Below are positions 12,275 to 24,235 of a stretch of DNA of 64,000 nt, one piece after another. A program made the position numbers and the translations under genes. This DNA comes from Felis catus. Taxonomy: Eukaryota. Position 1 is the stretch's first letter; each line of letters opens with the position of its first letter. Under the pieces are notes generated by a model. It did no database searches and had not been told where the DNA came from. It saw only the letters and a program-made list of their open reading frames with translations. Where the stretch lies: assembly GCF_018350175.1 (NCBI RefSeq), contig NC_058368.1, positions 217,808,001-217,872,000 of the forward strand. The letters run 5' to 3'.

Positions 12275-13305
12275 TAGAGTAGTTTATAATCTTTAAGGGG
12301 GAAAAAAAGAAAACATGGGTGAATCTACTAAAAGTACATATATTATGATTGAGTAGGATAGAGAAATGAACAAGGCTCTGCTTTTGACAAGCATAACAAA
12401 GAAACACATTACTGAATCCTCACAAAATAGTGTCTATTGCAATATGTTTCATCGCACCACACTGAGTTCTCAAAGACATTTAAAAATATTCTATGGATTA
12501 GTCATATTGCTCTTCTTTGATCAAGTACTAATTTGGGGGTTTAATATTTTAATTATATACAAGTATTAAATTAAGCATTATGTATGTCAAAATGTTTACA
12601 CATGTTCATACATGTTTATAAAACTAAATATACATTAAAGATTTTATTTAACTCATTATTTAAAGGAAGGAAAATATGCTGTTATGACAAACTTAAGAAG
12701 ATCCTGAGAATACACATAAATATATTCTCAACAAACAAATATACAAATACAATAAAACCTAAATACCTAATACCTAAAAAAATATATTTTACAAAAAATG
12801 TTAGGTTAAGATATTTGGGTTAAATACAAAAATGGTATCTCTTTTGCTTTACAGGAGAAAAACTTTTAGGGTTATCTGTTACACTAGGCAGAAATTATTT
12901 GCCTCTCTACTAGAGATCTTCAAGTTAACCTCTGTCCCTACAGAGCTCTAAAATAGGTTAGGAAATAGGAAATCAGGCTTCATATTTCACTAAAAGAGCA
13001 TTTTTGTCTATTTCAAGTTTCAGATAATAGTTGTGATATCTTTTGAATTATTATAGATAATTGAATAGGGAACATACATTAAAATGTTTTTTTACTTTAT
13101 TTTATAACAACCTAGTATTATATCCATGTCTTTTTACATTACCTAATACATAATTTAAAATAAAATGATACCCAAGGCATGAAATGAACAAGCTCGACAT
13201 TAGTATTTTGCAATGTATATATAAATTAATTCACACAAGATTTGTTAAACATATTTAGTAATTATTTTTCTGAATGAGATATTTTAAATCATTTTTGACT
13301 ATAAT

Positions 13306-13604
13306 TCAGACATTGTTCTAGGAAGCTTGAGACATAGTAGGAGCCCTTCTAAGACATAAGCAATAAAATTGACAAATGTAGTAAATACACAAATAATAAA
13401 TTAGATGATGCTTATAGGGTGATTAAAATTTGAGGCTAATTAGGGAGGTAAGATATGAGGTATGACTTACACTTCTAAATGGTTTTGTCAGACAGACCTA
13501 ATGAAGGAGGAGACAACTGAACAGACAGAAGTAGGCAGCACCATGCACACACTGGAAGTGAGAGAGAAGGAAGAGAGAACACCCAGTACAAAAATTCTGA
13601 GGCA
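13306..13604 (-). mobile_element. L2 fragment
   Basis: cagacattgttctagg..gagacatag; aggaggagacaactgaacaga..agcaccatgc..gagaacacccagtacaaaaattctgaggca. Confidence 0.55.
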
Positions 13605-13605
13605 A

Positions 13606-14053
13606 GAGGCACCTGGGTGGTTCAGGTGGCAGAATGTCTGACTTTGGCTTAGGTCATGATCTCACAGTCTGTAAGTTCAAGCCCCGCCTCGGGTTCTGTG
13701 CCGACAGCTCAGTGACTAGAGACTGTTCTGGATTCTGCATCTCCCCCACCCTGCCCCTCCCCAACTCATGCTCTGTCTCTCTTGCTCTCAAAAATCAGTA
13801 AAACATTGGGGTGCCTGGGTGGCTCAGTCAGTTGAATGTCAGACTTTGGCTCAGGTCATGACCTCATGGTTCGTGGTTTCCAGCCCCACATCAGGCTCTG
13901 TGCTGACAGCTCGAAGCCTGGAGCCTGCTTCAGATTCTGTGTCTCCCTCTCTCTCTCTGCCCCTTCTTGGCTCACACTCTGTCTCTGTCTGTCTCTCTCA
14001 AAAATAAATAAACATTAAAATGAATAAATAAGTAAAACATAAAAAAAAATTTT
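13606..14053 (+). mobile_element. CAN-SINE (outer), its tail interrupted by a second SINE
   Basis: TSD aaattctg(a/t)g(g/c)caa at 13592-13605 and 14054-14067. Confidence 0.92.
13808..14025 (+). mobile_element. CAN-SINE (inner)
   Basis: TSD aaat(c/a)agtaaaacat at 13792-13806 and 14026-14040. Confidence 0.95.
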
Positions 14054-14148
14054 AAATTCTGTGCCAAGAGTGAGCCAGGCCTTCTGTCTAGACCAAGTTA
14101 TTTTGCCACCTGGGTCAAGGGAGACATGAAATTAAAAAGAGAATGTTT

Positions 14149-14406
14149 CACTCTTATGTGGATCCTGAGAAACTTAACAGGAACCCATGGGGGAGGGGAA
14201 GGAAAAAAAAAGAGGTTAGAGTGGGAGAGAGCCAAAGCATAAGAGACTGTTAAAAACTGAGAACAAACTGAGGGTTGATGGGGGGGTGGGAGGGAGGGGA
14301 GGGTGGGTGATGGGTATTGAGGAGGGCACCTTTTGGGATGAGCACTGGGTGTTGTATGGAAACCAATTTGTCAATAAATTTCATATATATATATATATAT
14401 ATATAT
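14149..14406 (+). mobile_element. Young felid L1, severely 5'-truncated (3' UTR)
   Basis: cactcttatgtggatcctgagaaacttaacag..gagcactgggtgttgtatggaaaccaatttgtcaataaatttcat. Perfect 14-bp TSD aaaagagaatgttt at 14135-14148 and 14407-14420. Confidence 0.95.
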
Positions 14407-14749
14407 AAAAGAGAATGTTTGATATTTAGCTGAATTGTATGTTATTTATCTGATAATTCTTCTGAAAGTATATTATCAAATATCTCCTTTAATTTGCAAT
14501 GTCTTACTGTAAACCAAGGAGAAGAAAAAAATCCCTCAACCAGATGTGATTCTCAAATGTTTAATAAGGGCATTCAGCATTACAAAATAACACTGTTATA
14601 GGGTTGATGCAATTTAAATATGCCGTTGTTCTTAATACTAAGAATCTACGAGATTACTTTCCCTTAAAAATCAGTATTTTTTCTCATCTTTCAAATTGTA
14701 TTAATTATATTTTAAGACACAACTAAAAATGAATACAATTTCAATTTTT

Positions 14750-14959
14750 TTAACAAAAATTTTAATGTTTATTTTTTGAGAGAGAGACAGAGTGTGATCA
14801 GGGGAAGGGCAGAGAGACAGGGAGACACAGAATCCAAAGCAGGCTCCAGGCTCTGAGCTGTCACCACAGAGCCTGATGTGAGGCTCAAACCCACAAACTG
14901 TGAGATCATGACCTGAACCAAAGTTGGAGGCTTAACCGACTGAGCCACCAAGGCACCTC
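14750..14959 (-). mobile_element. CAN-SINE
   Basis: TSD aatacaattt(c/t)aattttt at 14732-14749 and 14960-14977. Confidence 0.95.
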
Positions 14960-15257
14960 AATACAATTTTAATTTTTAAATTAAAATTTATTAATTATAT
15001 AAATGTGATTATTTTATCTCTTGTGTTTTTTAATGGCTTTCAAGAAATACTACCTTTTAAAATTTTTCTAATTTTAAGTTGAATTGCAATAATACATATT
15101 ATGCCAGTATAAACCAGTAGGCTTTTCTATTCAGTATAAACTGATGGAAATGGATAGCTATTTCATTAATTTTTATGTTAAATTACCATGTTTTACCTCA
15201 ATTTTTTGTCAAACTCAATTATTTCTAAGCTAGCAACTCACTTACAACAGAGAGTTT

Positions 15258-15500
15258 GGGGGGCGCCTGGGTGGCTCACTCAGTTAAGCATCGGACTTTG
15301 GCTCAGATCATGATCTCGCGGTTCATGAGTTCGAGGTTCATGAGTTTGAGCCCCGCATCGGGCTCTGTGCTGACAGCTCAGAGCCTAGAGCCTGTTTTGG
15401 ATTCTGTGTCTCCTTCTCTCTCTGCCCTTCCTGGCTCACACTCGGACTCTGTCTCTCTTTCTATCTCTCCCTCTCTCTCTCAAAAATAAATAAATGTTAA
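15258..15500 (+). mobile_element. CAN-SINE with internal 15-bp duplication
   Basis: ggggcgcctgggtggctc head, CT body, aaataaataaatgttaaa tail. Confidence 0.95.
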
Positions 15501-15540
15501 ATATATATATGTACAAATTCACATGGCTTTTTATTCATTT

Positions 15541-15560
15541 TTTTAAAGTTTATTTATTTT

Positions 15561-15631
<71 letters not shown>

Positions 15632-15782
15632 TGAGAGATAGGGAGAGAGAGAGAATCCCAAGCAGGCTCTGCACTGACAGTACAGAGCCTGACATGGGGC
15701 TCAATCTCACGAACAGTGAGATCATAACCTGAGCCAAAACCAAAAGTCAGATTCTTAACCAACTGAGCCACCCAGGAGCCCC
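15541..15782 (-). mobile_element. CAN-SINE with expanded (GT)n(GA)n
   Basis: Ends gccacccaggagcccc; compound microsatellite at about 15560-15628. Confidence 0.95.
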
Positions 15783-16400
15783 ATTTTTTATTAATTTTAG
15801 AAAACGACTAGCATTTAATGTTATTTTTCCCAAGAATATTTTGAGTTTTTCTGGAATCATAGTCATTAATAATCTAGGTTGTTTTATACTTAAGTCACTT
15901 TAGTAATTTGATCTCAAGAAGTTAATCACAAAGATACAGTTTTAAACCAATAAAAGATATTTGATTCATTCAAGATAGAAATTCTATATACTTGAATGAA
16001 AACATGCTTTATTTTGAAATACAGGTCCTTGAGAAGTCACCTTCAAAGATTATTAATCATTGCACAGATAAATATATAACAAATGTAGAGGTTTTGGAAA
16101 GATGGTGGAGTAGGAAGTACCAGAAATCTGTCTTCACAGCTGGACAATAATTGCATTGACAGATTCTGTCTGATGTTACTACTTTGCATCTCTGGAGTCT
16201 ATGGAAGGCTTGCATCTCCCAAAGAAGGACTGCATTGTAAATTGTGGTCAATTTCAGCTCTTAGCAGAGTAGCAGCTAATCATTCCTTACTTCTCAGCCC
16301 CATGGAATCAGCTGTGCAAGTGTTCCTAGAGCAGACAGCCACAGCTTGCATGAGCCTGAGTGGCAAAAAGGACGCTGTCCTCCAAATATTGAAGATCTTT

Positions 16401-16578
16401 TTTTAAATTTTTTAATATTTATTTATTTTTGAGAGAGACAGAGCATGAGCAGGGGAGTGGGGGGTAGAGAGGGAGACACAGAATCCAAAGTAGGCTCCAG
16501 GATCTGAGCTGCCAGCACAGAGCCCAATACAGGGCCTCGAACTCACAAACTGTGAGAACTGAGCAACCCAGGAATCCC
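16401..16578 (-). mobile_element. CAN-SINE with internal deletion
   Basis: TSD t(g/a)aagatcttt at 16390-16400 and 16579-16589. Confidence 0.92.
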
Positions 16579-16982
16579 TAAAGATCTTTATTCTGACTAC
16601 TACCTGCTGCTTTTGATCACAGAGGTACACAAAAGTGGCGGTTGGCCATTGTTCTTACACATTGCCCTATTGTTGCAAGCCCCTCCCACAGGCACTGGCT
16701 AACAGGACTTCCAGAGAATTTAAAGGGCTCACACCTTTCTCCCATCCTTTCTTCATTTTTCCAAATTGGGGACCAGGTATTGAAGAGTAGGGCTTATAAA
16801 AGTAATCACATATATGGAGGAAATCGGAAAATCACCACACATGCTCAGCAGAGGAGGAAGGCTCATAAAAGATCCAAAAAACCTTTAAAATTACAATTCA
16901 GAATTATCTTTGGCACAGATACAACCTACACAATAAAAACAATGAGATACCAAGGTATATTCATTAGGAAGACTACTATCAA

Positions 16983-16994
16983 AAGAAGAAAGAT

Positions 16995-17061
<67 letters not shown>

Positions 17062-17156
17062 GAGAAAAGAAGAATGAAAAGAAAAGAAAAGAAGGAAGGA
17101 AAGAAGGAAGGAAGGAAGGAAGGAAGGAAGGAAGGAAGGAAGGAAGGAAAAGAAAA
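16983..17156. repeat. Compound (GAAA)n/(GAAG)n microsatellite inside L1
   Basis: Seen directly. Confidence 0.97.
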
Positions 17157-17904
17157 TAGCAATGAAACAATAACAGAAAGTTCCCAGGGTGTGAAGAAAT
17201 TAGAATCCTTCTGCACTGTTGGTGGGAATATAAAATAGCAATTTGCTGTGGAAAATAGTAGGGCAATTCTTCAAAAAATTAAAAATTGAATTACCAAATG
17301 ATCCCATGATACTATTTCTCATTTTATATTCAAAATAACTGAAATTACAGTCTTGAAGAGATATCTTCATGCTCATGTTAACAGCAGTATTAGTCACAAT
17401 AGCTAAAGTGTGGTAGCAACCCAGGTGTGAAACAATAGTTGAAGGGGTAAGCAATATCTGGCATATACATGCAATGGAATACTATTTATCCTTAAAAAGG
17501 AAGACAGTTCTCACATATGCTACAACGTGGATGAAGCTTGCAGATACCATGCTAAGTGAAATATGCCAGTCACCAGAAGATATATATTGTATGATTGCAC
17601 TTACACGAAGTACTTAGAGTGGCCAAAATTATAGAGACAGAAAGTAGAATGGTGATTGCCAAGGGCTAGGGAGAAGAAGAAGAAGCAATTTTGTTTAATG
17701 GGACAGTTTTGTTTAATGGGACAAGATGAAAAGAGTTCTAGAGATGGATGGTGGTGATGGTTGCACAAAAATATGAACGTATTCATGCCACTGAACTGTA
17801 CACATAAAAATCGCTATATTATGTCATGTGTGTTTTACCAGACAGAAATATATACATACCATATATACATAGTTTTAGATTCACATTTAGCATAAAAATG
17901 TTTA

Positions 17905-18003
17905 CATCCCTGTCATATCTCCACCATACTCTGGGTCTCCAGCACTTAAATAATCTCAGGTGCAGTGTACATGTTCAGTAACTATTGTTGAAATAATGAA
18001 GGC
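17905..18003 (+). mobile_element. L2 3' end
   Basis: tctccagcacttaaa..catgttcagtaactattgttgaaataatgaa. Confidence 0.5.
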
Positions 18004-19009
18004 TGGATTAATTTCTAGTTGTTCAATAAAGGCAAGTAAGCATAGTTTGTGTATTTTCTCTTCAAACACACTTGGTTAATTCTCATCAAGGTAATACATC
18101 CTGTAATAAACTTTTGAAAGTAAACTTACCTATTACATAGAAAAATAAAGTCACACAGTCTTTCTTGTTTATTCATGTTATAACTGTATCTTCTAAAAAA
18201 ATACTCTACAAAATATTTTGCCCAAAATGTGCAGGCTGTTTTTCAAATAAAGGAATAAATTTAAATGCAAGGGTCACTGACCATCATACAATAATGGTAA
18301 TAAGTCAATTTTCTAAATAAAATTAAATTCAAGATATTTTCATTAAAAGCACTAAATTCAACATGCACTTATTGAAGTTTAAATGTATGGAGTTATATGA
18401 AAGTCCTGAATCTCTTTAGATGATAAAAATATTTTTTCTTAAGGAATATAATACCAACAGAATTCGATAATTATATGTAGAAATATGTACAAAATACAGT
18501 ACCACACTTATTAAGGGCAAAGCCATTTTATGTGGCTATTAGAAACTTCTTTTTAACAAACATTAGTAGTTATTTTGTATACTGAAATATTCATATATCT
18601 ACTCAAATACAAAAAATTATTTTCATTTTCACATAAAGCAGAACTGCATTTCTTCCTGGATGCATTGGTTCAGGCTGAAAATAAGTATTTCTAAAAATGG
18701 TGCAAAACAGAAAGTTTCATTATGCAACTTTAAGATGATCCAATCAACAAATGCAACAAAACACCCATCACAGTTCTGCAATGCATTGAGTTCTAGAGAG
18801 AGAGAGGGCTTAAAAAGAAGGAACAGGGATGAGTTACAGGATACAGAGAAAGAGAAACAGTTTTGAGAAAAAGTGTCTTCCTTCAGAGAGGTAAACATAA
18901 AACAAAACCAGGCAAGCAAAACTGTAAAAATTCATCACAGGAATGCAGACATTCGGAAATGAATATTTACAAGAACCGATTATTATAAAGTCATCATCGT
19001 ACAGTTGTC

Positions 19010-19197
19010 CACCGTGGTTAAAATCATGGACTCTACTCAGATGACCTAGGTTGAATCACTCTACAATTCTGGAGTATGACTTCAGCCAACTTACTAAATC
19101 TTCTGGTGCCATATATGAAATAATCATGAAATAAACCCCTCATTCAGCATAGTGTCTGGTAAATGGTGATTTCAAAGTAAATGTTAGCCATTATTTT
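19010..19197 (+). mobile_element. MIR
   Basis: gtggttaaaatcatggactct..acctaggttgaatc..; cagcatagtgtctgg..gtaaatgttagccattatt. Confidence 0.65.
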
Positions 19198-19951
19198 TAG
19201 TATTATCACAGATCAGAAAATGTATCTTTAAAACAGGAGCCAAAAATTAGAGACAAATGGCTAAGCATTTTTTTTAAAAGATCAAGTGAAAAGGGAGATG
19301 AGATTTTAAAAAATGATTTAAAATAAACTGTAAATGTAAAAGCAGGATTTCAATAGCTTTTAGCATATTAAAGAGTAGAACTGACTCTAGAGAAAATTGC
19401 ATTTGTGATGTTTTCCCAATGCAGAAAAAATGATGGAGAAAAAAATGATGAGAAATATAAGCATTATGGCTAATAATAGCAAAGGGAAAATTAGAGTGTC
19501 TAATACGCCCATATCGTATCTCACAGTGTTTATCTGTGTGATTCCAGTATATTTTCCTCCCCATCACCTCTTTGACAAAGGCAATTTTTCCCTTTTCAAA
19601 TAAATACCGAAGCAGAAAATGGTTCACAAATTTGTAGGCTCAAGTTCCAGTCTCCAAAGCAAGCTTTACTTTGCCAGGACCGGAATGTAAAACCTAAATC
19701 AAGAGGCCACCAGAGCCAGGTGGGCAAGCAACAGGCATTCTGAGAAGGGGAGAGAAAGGTGTGCTGTCTTCTGTGCATGGAGAGTTGAGGAATGAAATGA
19801 ATATGAACCAGACAAGCAATAGATATTGACTTTGATTAAATCTGCTTTTTAGTTTCTTTCTTCACAATTTTTTGCCTTCCATTAGTGTAACTATTTTTAT
19901 TTACAATTTTCCCCTCTATTCCTGTAGAAGATGCACCCGTAGGATGGTACT

Positions 19952-20097
19952 CCAGTTCCCTGTATCTCAGTTACCTCCACTAGGAAAACAGGTTGGGAGT
20001 TATTGTGCCTACCTGAAAGGTTGCTATGAAATTTAAATTAGTTTCATGCATATAAAGTGTACGTGGAAAAAAGTCAATAAATATCAGTCATTACTAC
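19952..20097 (+). mobile_element. MIR (core and 3' part)
   Basis: ctgtatctcagttacctc..gtgcctacctg..ggttgctatgaaatttaaa..tcaataaatatcagtcattac. Confidence 0.6.
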
Positions 20098-20374
20098 CAT
20101 TCTTTTCTCTTTTCATATCTGAATTTATTTTTAAATATTAAGAATTGATGCTTTTAATAGCAAATGGAAAAACAGATTTCCCTGTGTGTGTTTATATATA
20201 TGTATATATAAAATAGAAATAATGAATTTATATAATGAAACATTTTCAGGCATGTGTCAAATAGGCTAAGAAAGACTGGCTTTTAATTTCCAGTTCTTTT
20301 ACTACCTTCACAAAATATAGCAAATCACTTATCTGGACTGATGGTTTGCTAAGTAACAACTATTTCTACGATGG

Positions 20375-20572
20375 AAATTATATCTATATCTAATATATAC
20401 ATATACTGATATATCTGTATCTGTATATTTATATACATGAATGTGGAGAGTGAAATGAAAGATAATCTAGAGACAATCTAGATCTAGGTATAGAGATAGA
20501 CAGATGTCTATGTATAATATATATAGATTTAGAGATAGAGACAGAAACAGAGACAAAGATATATCCTAAATA
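20375..20572. repeat. Low-complexity (TA)/(TAGA)/(GA)-rich tract
   Basis: Seen directly. Confidence 0.7.
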
Positions 20573-23500
20573 TAACAGGCTTCAATAGTATAAGATATAA
20601 TGTACTTACATTTTTTCAGTGTATAATTGTATAAGGGTTTATTTGTAAAATAGTAATATTGGTGCATAGTTTATCTTGACCCAATGGGAGTGGATATCAT
20701 AATAATGGCTTTAGGTTTCCAGTTTCCAAGTACGCCTTAACAGTATTTTTTATACTTAGAAAACTACACTCTTTAACGGGTTGCTGAGGTCTTCTTTAAC
20801 TTAACATTGCAACAGAAATGTGTTAAATAGTACCCTCCAGGCCTAGTGATTAACTCAACTATCTTCCACAGAAGTCAGTTCATTTAGAATTTTACCTCCC
20901 TCAATTCTCTTAGTCTGCTCAAACTTATACATGCTCAATTGTGATAATTCATGTTTATAATGATAACTTCGAGGAACTGCAAGACTCCAGTGTACTTTCT
21001 GACTCTTTGAAGAAATATGTTTAGCACTGAGCTAATTTTATTATGCTCCAAGACTTTTCAAATAACTAATCCCCGTATTCTCTAGAAAATATAATAATTA
21101 ACCAAGATTTCTCATACCCCCTATAGCATTTTAGGTAATTAAATTTACTGTATGGAGAATTGATTTGAACTCTGTGGATAGTAGAACCCAATGTTCTTTT
21201 ATTCAAAAAATGCCTTGGGCAGGCTTACTTTTGCTATGCTATTTCTTTTTTTTATCATTTTTACAGTTGTAGCATTGATATGCAGTTTGTTAATTTAAGG
21301 TGCCCAATATACAACAAGAATGAATAAATTAGTGTGGTCATTGTAGTTGTTACATCTGCCATTCTACAATATCAGTTCATTCCATAACCTCCATTGATAG
21401 AGATGATGAGAGGAGTGTGATTTAGTGGAACAGGTTAGTTTACAGTTGGTGTATATTCAAATCGTGGATCTCACATTTATTAATTGAGTTCCTGAACTTC
21501 AGTTTTTTTTTCTTGTCTCAAATAGGGTCACCGAGGTGCAGTGCCCTATAAATATGACATTTTATACATTATAGGAGTTGGTAATTTATAAAAGCTAATG
21601 TGATTATCATTATAGCAAAATCCCTTGATATGAACAAGCCTTAAGTAATTGAACAATTTTTTGAATGTATACATAATAAGCAGGCAGTTAAAAAGTTTCA
21701 GTTCCAAAAGGTATGCAAATACCAGTACCCTCAAAAGTGAGCTCAAGTTTATGGAACTAAAGTGATGAAGTATGCACGTAAAGAAAAAAAAAGATCCCTA
21801 CTTCTTTTGTATAGACAATTCCATATCTATAATGAGAATCAGAAAGCATTATTTTTGTTTTGAGAGGAAAAAACAAGGTTTATTATCTGTTGAAATGCCA
21901 TTTCTGCTCATTATATTTTAAACAATGTAATCACTTTGTGAAAAGTTGCTTATGCACTCAAAAATTAATATACTCACAGTTTTGATGAAGATAGTCATAA
22001 ACAAGTCTGCAATTACAATGATTGTTTGATTTTAAGGAAACAAATGGTTTCATTTTGTGATGAGTGTCAAGGAAGCACAGAATGATAGCTTGTTTAGTTG
22101 AATATACAATATGCAAAATATTTCTGTTTTAAATAGTGTTGACTTGTGGAAAAATAATAAATTTTTCAAATGCAGATGTTTCCACAATTGTACAATTCTC
22201 AATGCAGGGCAGTGAAGATTAAATCAAAGCATATATTAAAAATAGTCAAATTATTTGCATCTTAAGATATACCTACTTACTTTTTAAGGGAACTATAATT
22301 ATATACAGAATATTTATGCCTTTTAATGATTATTTTATTATAATTTAGTGAATGAAAGTAGAGTAAAATATTCAATGACTGATGTTTGCCTTCTGATAAT
22401 AAAGATGTCTGTAAAATTCAACTAATCATCATTATATATATTTGGTGGCAATATAGCTTGTGTGTTTGAACTATACTCTGGGCCCAATAGATAACATATG
22501 TCATGGTTCTATATATAATGATTTATCCATCTCAAAGCAAATGAGTCAGAATCCAAATTCCTACTTGAGAAAATAATGTAGAAAAACATTTGGCCTCTAA
22601 TTTGAAAATAAGTCTTTCAGTATAAATTACACAACGGTCAAATGATGGGAAAACACTAAATGGTTTTAGGATTGCATCAAATCTAGAAATCAAAACCAGT
22701 TTAGCTACAAAATACTCAAATATTTTTCTTTAAATGATGCCTGATGCTGAAAAATCAAACAGATAACTATGGGGTCATTCTAGTAGTGTATGTTTAAATA
22801 CATGGGCTCAGTCTTACCTGTTAAAGCAAAAAAACAAACAAACATACACAAAATCCCCCCAAAACAAAACAAAAGGAAAAAACAAACAAAATCACTTATT
22901 TTAACCCATAGTATACTAAGATTAGGGCAAACATTACCATTATATAATATGCGGTAGGTTGATGAAGGGAAAAATCATGTTAGTCCTCAAAGCCATGCTA
23001 TTGAAATAAAGATGGTAGTGAAAAAGAATCCAGCACAAACACACATAGTGCTGATGAATACATCTATATAAAGAAAAATTTAAAGGAATTAGGTAAAAGT
23101 CAGGAAGTGTGTCTTAATATAAAATCTAAGGCTTTCAGCTTTGTTTTGTTTTCTTATCAAGTTTCTCTGTTTCTCTGTCTACATTTTTTTTTCCTGAAGT
23201 AAGAAACAGGAAGGAAATGGAACAGAAATCTAGATATAAACTATGGCTAAACATCTGAATAACTTGGGCGAGTTCTTTTGTTTGTTTTTATGTTTGTTTG
23301 TTTGTTTTGCATTTTTTTTATAATGGATAGTCTCATTATCAGAAATATGATGTAAGGCATTGGGTCCCCCAAAATGACTGAATATTTAAAACAATCTAGG
23401 AAATAGTACAAAAATAGAGAATATAGTGCTAAATATTGCTATAAAATTCACATTCATTATAAACTTAATATAAATACCCCTATATTAAATGTTAATAAAC

Positions 23501-23784
23501 TGAGGAAACAACTTTGGAGAAACTGCAGGTACAGTCCTGGTACCGTTAAAGGTAGATTCTCCAGGGAAGCAGAACTCCCTAATAAATCTATTCTAAAACA
23601 GCAAACTACAGAAATTTCCCTTATGATACCAGTGTCAGAAAAGCTCTGAAACATTTTGTAATCAAGTTAATGATTTACAAATGCAGAGATACGAGTAGAA
23701 GGATGGAAATCAAGGACTGGAAGGAAATTAACTTAGCATGGATAGTTGCTATTGTAAATAGTGCATGCTCTTAACACAAAGAAA

Positions 23785-24235
23785 GTGGGACCTTTGGGGG
23801 CCATTATATCATTAGGTCATTAGGAATGACATTAGTGCCTTTGGAAGAGAGGCCCCATGTGAAGTCACACTGAGAAGGTTCCCTCTATGAACCAAATCAG
23901 ATACCCTGATCTTGGACTTTCCAGCCTCTGGGGCAGTGAGAAATAAATTTGTTGTTATAAGCCATCCAGACTATGGTATTTTATTTTATTATTATTATTT
24001 TTTAAGTTTATTTATTTATTTTGGGAGAGCGAGAGAGCAAAGCAGGGGAGGGGCAGAGAGAGAAGGAGAAAGGGAATCCCAAGCAGCTTTGTGCCATCAG
24101 CACAGAGCCTGATGCGGGACTCAAACTCCCACACTGAGAGATCATGACCCGAGAGTGGGACGCTCAACCGACTGAGGCACTCCAGCATACCTGGACTATG
24201 GTATTTTATTATAGCAGCCCAAATATATTAAAACA
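23785..24235 (+). mobile_element. MLT1A-like MaLR solo LTR interrupted by a SINE
   Basis: gatcttggactttccagcctc..gtgagaaataaattt..gttataagccatccagactatggtatttt..atagcagcccaaat..aaaca. Confidence 0.85.
23986..24193 (-). mobile_element. CAN-SINE
   Basis: Perfect 17-bp TSD gactatggtattttatt at 23969-23985 and 24194-24210. Confidence 0.93.

Larger units (their letters stand above)
16087..17845 (+). mobile_element. Old L1 (L1MB-like), 5' UTR joined to ORF2 C-terminus and 3' UTR
   Basis: 5' end aagatggtggagtaggaagtaccagaaatctgtc. From 16935 aaaacaatgagatacc (ORF2 end). L1MB-type 3' UTR tagagacagaaagtagaatggtg..gagttctagagatggatggtggtgatggttgcac..ccactgaactgtacac. Confidence 0.8.

Noticed and set aside
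12838..12962. Strong splice acceptor cttttgctttacag with a possible donor at 12957
   Set aside because: Stops in all three frames and a weak donor; no support beyond the motif.
16642..17238. 198-aa ORF with a K/E/R-rich tract (longest ORF in the window)
   Set aside because: Read-through of decayed L1 and the stop-free (GAAA)n/(GAAG)n microsatellite; not a gene.
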